NCBI GenBank assembly: GCA_013115145.1
Contig: JAAPAO010000259.1
Location: 1-46,069, forward strand
Source of the DNA: Perkinsus chesapeaki ATCC PRA-425
Lineage: Eukaryota; Protista; Perkinsozoa
DNA: 46,069 nucleotides
Direction of reading: 5' to 3'
The notes under the pieces were generated by a model. It saw only the letters and a list, made by a program, of their open reading frames with translations. It searched no databases and was not told the origin of the DNA. This document shows, piece after piece, positions 1 through 10,600 of this stretch (its first letter is position 1; each line of letters begins with the position of its first letter). The position numbers were made by a program, and so were the translations under genes.

Positions 1-129
1 CTCGAGGGAGTCGGCGGCCCCGTATTTGTTTTTGTTGTGGTCGTTGAAGTTTTTGTTGTTATGGGTGTAGTGGTTTTAAGTTGGGGGGGGGCTGTTTTTT
101 TTTAAACCCCCCCGGGGCGACCTGCCGTC

Positions 130-599
130 CCTGTCGTCGTCGACGCCTCGAAAGTTTCAAGGCTCACAGATGACGCTCGATCGCGAGGGACTTCAAAAGA
201 TTCTCGGGAACGTTTTGATCACAATATGACTTGTATTAAAAACATCTCCAACTCTCCCTATGACACGTATTCCTTAATAACGGAGTCGTCCGTAAAACTC
301 CGTAAAATTCCGCGAAAAGGGATAACCTGGAAACGCCAATTCAGGAAGTTGCGCCTGGCACGGTCGGCTAAGTCGGACACCCCCCTCCCTGGGAGTCCAG
401 TACTGCATATTCCCTGGGTGAAATCAGGAATTTTCCCTGCTTTGTTCGAATTTTTCCGAAATTTTCCCCAATTTTCCCGAAATCTTTCCTGTCACTTAAC
501 AGCCTTTTCAACACGCAGATATGAAATCCACGGGCCTACCTCAGATTCCTCTTCCTTTCCAACAGAATTATCTTCTTTAACACGACTTCGCGGAGGCAT
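130..599 (-). CDS. Possible 5' part of a multi-exon hypothetical gene running off the window start
   Basis: ATG near 599 opens MPPRSRVKEDNSVGKEEESE, followed by a GTAGG donor and further GT-AG-bounded segments. No recognisable domain. Confidence 0.25.
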
Positions 600-1426
600 T
601 GAGAAATATAGATCACTTGCGATTGAGGAACCCACTCACCGAAAGACAGAGGAAAATTCCGGGAAAAAAGCGCAAGATTCTTCATCCAGAACGCACGCTT
701 CTTAACAACTCAGTCATTCACTAAGTACAACGAGTTTTCGATTAATTTCTTCACTATATACCTTAGAAATGCCCCTAATACCAAAAAAGAAATTTCCTAT
801 TGTGCACTTAATGGATTTTATTACGTGGAATCACCGACTCCGGTCCCGTACTCGGTTTAAACGGATAAATCTATCCTTATCCAGAATATGACTTACAACC
901 CTTGCCACTGTATTTCGAGCATTAACTCAATAACAGTATTAATTACTAAATTACACCACACAAATTCTGTCTCTTTGAAACTCCCCTTCGATACATGCTT
1001 ACCACACCTCACTGAAATCGTACATGTTACTACCCAAGGAAAAGTCACTGCGCCACGAAATTCTTCGGGGAAAAACAAAAAACCGAACAAGAATACTCAT
1101 TCGGGATTATCAAAAAAATAACATCAATCAGTCGCGTTCACTTTTATACGCTAATTCGTGGCGCGTGACATAAATCAAGAATGAACAGTTTATAGTGGCT
1201 CCGTGAATAATAGAATCTTGCAATCTTGACAAATCTTGCAATTCCTCAATTATTTCTACACTTATTGTCCATGCAGCTCTAAACATGTTTAACCGATACA
1301 GGCGGGGCATAGCAATCCATTCTAGCCTCCGAAAGAACCTATGTAAATCGATTACCATGGCGCGCGCTTTTTACACAATTACAAATCTGATTCCCGGTCA
1401 CTTGCTGAATAAGTGGCTGTGAAGCT

Positions 1427-4340
1427 TCACCACCTCGAAGCTGAAAAAGTTGAAAAAATAATCGCAAAGCTAAGAAATTCATCGTGAACAAAAATTTTCG
1501 TCGGTTGATAACTTTTCGGGGAATCGAAAAATTCCGGGGTTTTAGGCTGTTTTCATCAACTCGCGGTCTGCCCGAAAAGCTGATTCCGATGTGGAGTGGT
1601 TCCGGATTAACCATCGAAGTTCATGATCTTCTTAATCCGTCTCCAGATTGTTCGATGTGGCAACTTTGCTTTCTGTCAGGGAAAAAGAGGAAAAGGCAAA
1701 ACTTTTTTTCATGACGATTATTCCGGCAATTCACCGATTTGGAAGAATTCGGCCTAGTCGGCAAAATATTTTTACCAGTCCAAATCTTTTTGAAGCATAA
1801 TTTCCGAAAAGGAAAAAATCGGAAAAATGAGACCTCACCTCACTGCCAAGATTCTTTTTACCAACCCCCTCAGGGCTCGGCTTCGGGCACACCGTGCCGG
1901 ACTTCAACCGCCCAGTTGGTCTAGCGGGCGAGGGATAAACCATGGCTCCTCGCTGAACCAAAAGGTATCCGGTTCTATTCCCAGCGATGACACTCACTCT
2001 CGACGGCAGGGGCACTTGTACATTCATTCTGTCGGACCGTTTCGGACGGCTACTTCGCCCGTAACGCTTCTTTGAGCTGCTCACCGGGAGGCCACTGTAC
2101 GCGGGCGGTGACGAACCTACGAGCAATGCTTCGAGCTCGGATTCTGTTGGTAATTTCAGCATCTAAATGCTGCTAATAAACTTCCTGTCAGGTGGACCAC
2201 TGACATCCCCGCGGCGGTTAGTGAACAACTTAATGTGAGCATAAAGCCGGGTAGAGCTTCCCTCCATGCGCGGTGGCCTCACAGCAGATGGGAGTTCGGT
2301 GGTATAACTGGTATCACTCGAGAGCTCTCGACATGGCCTTGCTGGTTTCCTACAAAATATCTCGAAAAGATTGAACTCCGAATCATGGTTGAGCTAAAAA
2401 ACGGTTACATGGTTTGATTTCACCAACTGTGATATGTACGGAAGATTTCGCCTGCCAGCGGAAATTATCGCGAAGTTACTCGAGAAGAGTGTCAGTTTTC
2501 AAAGCCAAAAATTTCCGGAAAAAAACAGCATTTTCCCAGCCAAGGTCCTCACGCTCACCTAGACCAGGCGCCATCGGCCGCACCAATTTCTTTCCCAGCG
2601 TTGGCGTTGACAGTCGGCTCGAACCCATACTGCCAACGTTCAAGTCACTACAAGGGGATGTGCCACTCATCGGAGGCGATGCGGCAGTCAACAGTGTATC
2701 GAAGGCTGAAAAGATACAACAATAAAGCCCCTTCAGTTGTATATCTCAATAGTTACAAATATCACTTTGCACGCCTACTTCATAAATTTTGTGTAAATGC
2801 ACTTGTCTTCTTTGGTCTGTGAATGTACTCGTTCAATTATTAGCTTAATCGTATGGATCGTAATTATACTGTATATAATTGTATCTCCGAACTCAATCAA
2901 AATCTTAATTCGTATTCAGCTCTGATACTCAACCCTACAGCCAGGCCGATTTCCGAGCGCTAGATTAGTCCGAGGCTCTCGAGCTGCTCGAGTATCGTTT
3001 GCTTGGATTGCGTCGCAATCAATGCGATCCCCCGATTCTCACTTTGTCTTTCGTCGGCAGGAATGACGTGTCGTTGAACTCGACTGGCACTTGGGCGAAT
3101 GGGCGATTTTGAAATCTGAGAAAATCCGAAAATGAAGAAACAGCATCTTCGACCCAGCAGAAAAAAAATCAACTTTCTGCTGAAAAAACGAAAATCAGAT
3201 TTTTTCCATTAACAATAAATTAACGATATAGTCTGCGGGCGGCGAGAGAGATCTGCCACACAGTATAGAATGTCTCCCGCTCGAACCGTAGTAGTCTCCC
3301 TTACATGGCTGCCCACTGAGAGCCTCATCGCCGAGGAGCCTCCTGACGGTCGACGGTCTCCGCTGCTGCAACTCCGACCAAACAGCATGTCCATATCCTC
3401 GTACTCCTCCGCACAGAGCTCGAATGTGCCTTAAAAAATACTACTTCCTGAAGGAATGTTCATGCAGTGAAGTTTGGCCAGCGATATGTCAAGCGTTATA
3501 GAGAGGAGAATAATCTACATATCGGACTTCGTATTGAGTAATTAGCAAAGTGCAGTCCCAAAGTCCCGCGTATCTAGAATTTCGCGTATACCCGCTCACG
3601 AAATACACAAAGTCTTCCTATAGAAGTGTGGCCGATAAAGGAATTCTGGTCGATTTCAGGGCGCCCAGTGTTTCTGTGATACCTATTGTTGAAAAGTTCA
3701 CCTAAGCTGACAAGCTTCCTTTTTCAAACTATTCTCGAATGGGAAATTATTCGCAATTATCGAGCTTAACTCACTCAACTCTGTAAAACGCAGAGCTTGC
3801 TAGTTTGTAAACATACCATCAACTCAACTACCGAGACACAGTTACCAAAATCACTTGAAAAGCAAACTAATCAGTTGACCTGCCTGAGTTATTGTTAAAG
3901 TCACCAGCAGTCGCCTCCTTCCGCCGACCAAGCTGAGCATCAGCATCATCATCTTCACCAATCTCGCCTTCCTGCAGGACTGCATCGCCCTCGAGTAAAA
4001 TAGGCGACGATTGCAGCCTTCTCACATCCGCGAGGGAACGGGATTCTTCGAACAAAAATCGTCCATTGTCACGAAGCGTGTGTAAATACCTCGGAACGGG
4101 TTTTCCTTTTCCGATCTTCGAAGTGCGGCTTGATCCCGGAGCTGGCCGCGGGCTTGCCGAATCAACGCTGCAGCTGTATCAGCCGAAAGTCTGATCAATC
4201 GAGCGAGCTGCTTTAGATAATCTGCACGCATGCACATGCCTTAGGTTATTTTGCTGCGAAGTCGGTGGGGGCGGTGTGTCTGCACTATCCATCGAAAGTT
4301 GAGAGTAGTTGCCATCTTGCAGTGTCGTGAGACCTGAATC
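1427..4340 (-). CDS. Multi-exon hypothetical protein (possibly more than one gene), low-complexity Ser/Pro/Arg-rich
   Basis: Chain of open segments bounded by GT..AG, e.g. DYLKQLARLIRLSADTAAALIRQARGQLRDQ, GDAVLQEGEIGEDDDADAQLGRRK, GTFELCAEEYEDMDMLFG, FQNRPFAQVPVEFNDTSFLPTKDK, ..RRGD|MLKLPTESELEALLVG and KAKLPHRTIWRRIKKIMNFD. The exact exon chain and ends are not resolved. Confidence 0.45.
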
Positions 4341-4724
4341 GGAAATATATGCGAGATACTCAGAAATGGAGTTATAAAAGGTCCATCACCTGACATTGGT
4401 ATTCCCTGAATTTTCGATAGGGTTGGCGATCAAAGCCACGCTACAACACCACCAGTGATTGACAAACGGAAACTGTTAAGTCTAGATGACGACGCTACCG
4501 AATCCTCGAGGATACGCTTCCTTATGAGACTTTCTGAATTCTCAAAGCGTGTAGTGATAACCAAGCACCAATGATGCTCGACAGGAGGCTATCCAAAGTC
4601 CCACGTACTAGGTCTTGGCCTCTCAGACTTTGCATACTATACGTAGTATAGTATGTAGTACGTAGTACTATAGTATACTACGTCAGCCTCTCAGACTTAC
4701 GAGTAGTATAGACTTTGCACGATA

Positions 4725-5070
4725 TGACTTAAAGCGTGGCACCTTCCTCCAACTGGCGACATCTTAGCTGGGCACCGATGAAGTCGTCGCCCAGCAGGAT
4801 TAACTCGCGTAACTTGTAGCATGTGAGCATTTGTGCCAGCAACGTTGCCAAGCCTAGAGTAGCCTATGTTCAGTACGGTGTTGAATAAATCGGTGAACCT
4901 CATGCCGGTGCAGAAGCCCGTGGTCAATCTGAACCCTCTTCTCTACTTGCTATGCCTGGCGTATAGCGAATGATTGAGTGGCGAATAACCATCACAATAC
5001 GCCACAAGATGATAAGTGCTGTGTGTTGGAGTCGTCGTAGTCTAAACAAACCCCTCTATTAAATAGCCCA
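4725..5070 (-). other. Endogenous viral element: decayed toti-like dsRNA virus RNA-dependent RNA polymerase fragment
   Basis: Minus strand gives GVCLDYDDSNTQH (5016-5054; motif A, cf. DYxDFNxQH). The same frame continues through two stops to QIDHGL. A frameshift leads to CTGMRFTDLFNTVLNIGYSR (motif B, cf. SGxRxTxxxNTxLNxxY). A second frameshift leads to LATLLAQMLTCYKLRELILLGDDFIG (GDD at 4783-4791, motif C). Confidence 0.8.
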
Positions 5071-5416
5071 AATTATCGGATTGAAGCTACTACGTAGACA
5101 TCTTCAGTGAAGATATGAAGATTCTTCAGAGGTGTCCTTTTGTCCGAAGCCCAATGAGATTATCATTGGCCTCGCACGCCAATGAGGTAACCGTAGCGTT
5201 GTCGAAACAGCTGCTATCTCGACAGCTATGACAGCTACGCTTGCTGTCAGACAGCCCTCAAGTTGAACACCTTAACTAAGTCATACTATCACTCAAGTTG
5301 AACCGTAATAATATAACAGCCTAATACTATATAACGAAGCATAACCGCTACAGTTATTTTAGATGCATATGGGCATCATGCTCGACTGTAACGAAATGCA
5401 GCACGTGCGGCGCCAA

Positions 5417-7127
5417 TCATTCTACGTACACGATAACCTTCTGCCTCAGGAAAGTTACAGCCGGGCTGTAGTGCTCTGAGCTAGCTCGGAGACTGTGGAA
5501 GAAACGAATCCGGTTCGTCGAACCGGCGGTTACCGGGGCAGCTTTCAATTTCGACAGAGAGGTGTGGGCTAATAGGGGACCGCCTTCGGTCATGCCATGG
5601 CCGGCATGGAGGGATTTCCGGAATTTGAGATCCGAAGAGGCCGAAGAGGCCGAGGAGGCATGGGGTGTGAGATCCCACCTGGAACTCTCAAGCAATTTGC
5701 TTGAAGCAAAACTGAGTGGACGTCCAAAGCGTCCAAATGTAGGGCTACTCACCTCGCGGCGGGGCCAATATTCTGCCGCTAACCGACAGAACCTTGCCAG
5801 GTGCCGACGCCCGCAGCGCATTGCTATTTTCATTGCTGGTGCTCTGAGGCAAATCCGATGAGAGAGCTTGCAGCAGCCCGCCCGGCATAGCAGTCGACAA
5901 CGAAAGTGATTTCGTATTAGACGGTATTGAGGTCTTCAACAGCTCAGCCAGGGCCGCCTGTGAAGGGGAAACTTGCAACCGAAAGGTCTTGCGTTCGAAC
6001 CAGCCTACATTCTTTTTCTCCAAGTCTCGCGCTGTACTCCAAAGCTCAGCGTAGTCGCGCTCGAGGTCCTTTAATTTCGACACTACTTCGTCCTTCTCAT
6101 GCAGCGCTCTCGTTAACTGCAGCAACACGGCCACCATCCGAACACTCCTTCCCACGATAATCCGACTAACTATCCGAATCGGCTACATAATCACAACACT
6201 TCGATCAGGACTATAACGTACAACGCAGGTTCGATCCCGAGTACAAGCTCACTTGTTGCTTAATTTTTGCAGTCTCTTCCGCCTTTTCTTGTATCCAAAA
6301 CTCTCTCTCCAGGGACTGATCATCAACCTGCACACTGTCAAATCTCATACCACTCATTCCTCAAATCGCCCACCTGTCGCTGTATTAACGCACGCGCTGC
6401 CTTCTCCTTTTCAACTGCGTGCCGTAGCCGAGTAACCTACGCCACGCCTCCAATTCGCACTTCCCAGTGATCCCCTCCTGTCTGCGCACTGTGAGTATTG
6501 CGTTTTCTTAAACCGTTTCGCGTTTCTCCACAAGACAAAGAGCGTTCCTTCTATATGATATAAGCTGCTCTTGTCGAGGCGTAAACCGATATGCGTATAT
6601 GAGCACTAGAGCATTGGAGGAGAGCACTAGGAAGAGCTGTAGATTCAACGCCACATGCGCGCCTCTCGGAGCCAATCTTGCCACGCTCAGTATCGATTTC
6701 TCGTCCGGCTTTCTCCACCACCATCCCTAGTCCGTCTCAGCATTGTGTATTTTCGTAACGGTATTCACACCGATTTCAATTTTGGCCGAGTGTGAGCATC
6801 ATCATCATTATCATCATCCGGCCGGCGCCAGAGACTGGGGGTCAAGACTGTACTAGAATTCCGCCAATAATCTTTAACTCTTGTTCTGTTCCGCTCCCAG
6901 CTAGCCTCCGAAATTTTGAAGCTATCGGTGAACACATCGAAAACATCACGAAAAATCGCGCAGCATACCAGCTCGGAAACGGCACAAGTTCTGTCTCCCC
7001 AGCAGCCCACCTCCTGCCGTAGTAATTCCCTATCGCCAACTTTATCATTCGATGCACTCCGAGAACTCACAGAGAGATTCCGAGCACGAGCTGGGGAGGA
7101 GACAGCAGACAGGCTTGCCCGGGGCAT
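5417..7127 (-). CDS. Multi-exon hypothetical coiled-coil protein
   Basis: ATG at 7127 (MPRASLSAVSSPARARNL). Exons include VEKEKAARALIQRQ, VDDQSLEREFWIQEKAEETAKIKQQ and LQLTRALHEKDEVVSKLKDLERDYAELWSTARDLEKKN (heptad-like). The last segment ends at the stop at 5417. Introns are short GT-AG. Confidence 0.6.
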
Positions 7128-7181
7128 CAGGCAAGGATAAAAAACTGTCAAATCAAACTCTACTATCAGTAGTGTCGAATT

Positions 7182-7220
7182 GGTGGTGACTAATCAGTAC
7201 TCTACTGATTAGTCACCACC
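7182..7220. repeat. Perfect inverted repeat (18-bp stem, 3-nt loop)
   Basis: ggtggtgactaatcagta-ctc-tactgattagtcaccacc, 55 nt upstream of the ATG at 7127. Confidence 0.95.
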
Positions 7221-7700
7221 TATTTGCGAGTGTTAGAACTTCAATTGGGTCTACTAAGTAGACACTCGACTCTGCACTCGGAAAACCGTGTGAAGTAGAC
7301 TCTACTTTTTCGAGTGCAGCTCTTCATCAGGCTTCACGAGGCATGCCAACGCAACGCATTCGTCCAACACAAATTTACGCTGCTCGTCACAGTAGCAGAT
7401 TCTCCAACGACTCCTGTTATTTCTCCTTCCGGCTTCTTCGCAGAAATCATTTATTCACTTTTTATTTATCATTCAATTAAAGTATGGTGAAGACGACGTA
7501 AGTGATCCATTCTAAAGTTTGGAATTTGAAAAGCCTCATCCTCGCAACTTCTCAACGATGATGTATTATACGCCGATCGAAAGCCCTTATCAAGATCTAC
7601 ACAGAGATGGTTTACTGTGCATGATTCATATTAGCATTCCTCGAGTCGAGACCCCGATCTACGCCGCTCAAACTCGGGTTCATATTTCCCGAGGAATGCA

Positions 7701-7928
7701 ATAGGATAGGCCACTCTCAAAACTGCCGTGGCATTACTAAATCGAAATAGGATAGGCCACTCACAAAACTGCCGTGGCATTACTAAATCGAAATAGGATA
7801 GGCCACTCACAAAACTGCCGTGGCATTACTAAATCGAAATAGGATAGGCCACTCACAAAACTGCCGTAGCATTACTAAATCGAAATAGGATAGACCACTC
7901 TCAAAACTGCCGTAGCATTACTAGATCG
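7701..7928. repeat. Tandem minisatellite, 46-bp unit x5
   Basis: Unit ataggataggccactcacaaaactgccgtggcattactaaatcgaa starts at 7701, 7747, 7793, 7839 and 7885, with few substitutions and no spacers. Confidence 0.95.
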
Positions 7929-8109
7929 TTTTTATGAAAAGTCGGCAAAACACAATCGTTGCCAATTATCCCCTCCCCTCCAATTTAAAATGGACTAACT
8001 CTCAACAACGCCACTCAACAACGACTTTCATCGAACATGCCAATAATAACAATAGTGAGCTTACCTCACATTATTAGTAATCGATCATCTGGGCGAGCGC
8101 TACTTACAA

Positions 8110-9990
8110 TCATGTATCTGTCGATATATGCTTGATGTTAATGCATAGCTGATCTTTGCAGGTCTGACAGAAGACGAAAACGTAAATCGTGCAACACTTC
8201 GCTCCGCTCAAATATTCAGTATACATAATGCTTTCACCGAACAGCTCTGATGAGACAATTCCCTCCGCACGGCAGTTTCTCAAGTTTCAATGCCCACCAA
8301 CCGTTCCCTCACTTCTCAAATGCCGACCGCAGCAAGCGTTGATAAGGCAACATTCAATAGCGGGGATGTATATCATTAACTATATTATCACCAGGCATAC
8401 ACAAATTAACACACACAACCTTGTTATAGTTTGGTAATGTTATTTATATGCCAGAACATGTAGAGACGAGCTCATCTCACAAAACGAGCGAGACCATCTA
8501 GTGTCCCCAGCAGTGGCGATGAGAAGGACTAATTTTGAGAGAGTGATTCACTCAACACTACGTGTAGCTATCAGTAACTGTCACACATTTTCTCGATCAT
8601 TAATGTGACATTATACCAAAGTTATCATTTGCATCCAGTCCGCTAAACCAGCATGCCCCCTCGATGCCCGTAATTCCACTCATCTGCACTATTTCAGTGC
8701 CTGCGGCACGGCTGCTGTATGCAACATAATGATTGTTCCACAATTACGGCGACACAAAGTGTTGTCCCGTTTTCACTGTATTTCCGTTGCCTAATACTTT
8801 CGGATTTCCTCTTGTTGGAAAAGATCCTTTTCGTTGACTTTATTACAGCACATTCCAAGTTCCTCCCCCCCTCACCATTTTAAATGCAACCTTCGGCAAC
8901 TGTAACAGCCTCTCGAAGCTCTTCGTATTTGCAAACATAAAAGCAAGTAGTCGATTCACAAATGTCTCTGTCTGATGTTCCTGATGATAAATCTCCCATT
9001 AGCAGCGGTCCAACGATATTAATTTGATTAATGCACATTAATCATATCAATATAAATATTACAGCATGACCCAATGAAATAGAATAATTCTTATTTTTCA
9101 ATTTCTCGCTCGGCGTTCACACAATTATACAGGTGAAGAGGTATCCCACGTCGGTTCGAATCCCAGCGAGGGCACCAATGAACTACCGCAAATGTTAGCA
9201 GTGGAAAAATACCATTACAGACGTTCTGTATAAAAGCAATGCACACCCGCACGAGTAACATTTGCTGTCGCTCGAAGACCACATTCCCCCCAAATTGTCC
9301 CACGCCGGTTCGAATCCCCCCCCCCGCCATTTTACCTCTCCTGGCTTCACAAACCGTATCACCGCTTGTTCCACCGACCCCACATCCCTACTCGCTTCAC
9401 CATACCAATACACACAGTCGCTTCCTCCCTATTGTGAAAAGCGCTCGCCCGATTGATCGATTTATAACTCACCAGAACCGGGTCGGAATTCTTGTCGATA
9501 TTCCCGCCAATTAATCGGAGAATTTCCGCCACTTTCTCATCACTTTTAAACATGTCTATTGCACGCGGATGAAGATGCTCCTTCCAACGACTGATCGGAA
9601 ACCACTTGAACTCACTAGCGAACACTGAGTGTGACTTCTGAAGGTGTACCGTTCCTTCACGCCGTACGCCAGGAGCAGATCACCTGGCTACCCTGTTGAG
9701 ATAGAACTGCCTTTTCACAATCGTTTTCCCGTACGGAAGCCTAGCCTTGCAGAAAAGTATTGGGAAAAACAATTTGTGACTAAATCTAAAGTGTTTGTGA
9801 ACACTCTGTTATTCACCCAAATCAACAGCTCCGAATACCGAAGAGACGGCAACCCAGCCAAGTAAGCCAAATACATCACCCGGCGAGACACGTAGCCTAC
9901 CCAACTAAATCATCCAAATCCGCGCCTCGCCTTGGATGATACCCTCCAGAAGCCTCTTCCCTGTCCCGTGATACACCACCACGATTCCGC
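8110..9990 (-). CDS. Conserved alveolate-type protein with degenerate His-Me finger (HNH/homing-endonuclease zinc-loop-like) C-terminus; 5' end uncertain
   Basis: In-phase exons 9637-9473, 9428-9336, 8980-8876 and 8163-8110 splice to KSHSVFASEFKWFPISRWKEHLHPRAIDMFKSDEKVAEILRLIGGNIDKNSDPVL|GGSDCVYWYGEASRDVGSVEQAVIRFVKPGE|EHQTETFVNRLLAFMFANTKSFERLLQLPKVAFKM|TCKDQLCINIKHISTDT*. The pattern CxxWxG..NRL..CxxxLCINxxH resembles His-Me fingers (recalled, not searched). Confidence 0.75.
9141..9177 (+). pseudogene. tRNA 3'-end relic ending in CCA (isotype unclear)
   Basis: gtatcccacgtcGGTTCGAATCCcagcgagggcACCA: T-loop/B-box plus an acceptor-like 3' strand. It lies in intron 8981-9335, antisense to the host gene. 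Confidence 0.5.
9298..9329 (+). pseudogene. Second tRNA 3'-end relic ending in CCA followed by TTTT
   Basis: tcccacgccGGTTCGAATCCccccccccGCCAtttt. It shares 20/21 nt with 9144-9164 and ends 4 nt from the splice donor (AC at 9334-9335). Confidence 0.5.
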
Positions 9991-10444
9991 CTGTAATGAA
10001 AATAAGAACACTTCATAAAGTGACGGAAAGCTTATACAGGCAATTAGTATAACTTAAAAAACAATATGTACCAACGACACCTAAACGTCGATACACATTT
10101 TCCACAAGAGCCATCTCAAAGCAGAAAAATGAGGCTAGTGGCGAGCAGTACCCCTGCCATGCCCTTACAGGCCCTTTCGACCCTAGTAAGCTGTACCAAT
10201 GAAAGTCTGCTCCCTTCTAGGACCTTAGGGAATTATTCATTTCTCGTCGTGGTTCCCCCCCACTCATTGAGTGCCAAAATGCCCACCGCTATTTTTCGCC
10301 TCTATCTCTCGTACGATCCTCCTCCCCTTGAGTTGAAGCAAGGAAACATACCCCTTCTAAGGTATTGATTCATACTCATTATTTTCTAGTATTTTTCCGT
10401 CCATTCGATGCATTTTCCATTTCAATAAAACCTAGCGATACCAT

Positions 10445-10600
10445 TAATATAATAATATTAGTAATATAATGATAATAGTAATATAATAATAATAGTAATA
10501 TAATAATAATAGTAATATAATAATAACAGTAATATAATAATAGTAATATAATAATAATAGTAATATAATAATATTAGTAATATAATAAAATAAGTAATAG
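10445..10600. repeat. AT-rich degenerate minisatellite (~17-bp agtaatataataataat unit)
   Basis: Repeated taatataataataatag-type units, about 8-9 copies, almost no G/C. Confidence 0.85.

Noticed and set aside
1-120. G/T-rich low-complexity start with homopolymer runs (possible telomere or repeat)
   Set aside because: No regular telomeric unit; it looks like low-quality contig-end sequence.
6205-6250. B-box-like GGTTCGATCCC in a 42-nt intron of the coiled-coil gene
   Set aside because: Only an 11-nt match with no stem or flanking tRNA similarity. Several GGTTCGA hits are expected by chance in 46 kb.
7701-7928. 46-bp array as a CRISPR locus
   Set aside because: The units are contiguous with no unique spacers, there are no cas genes, and the context is eukaryotic.
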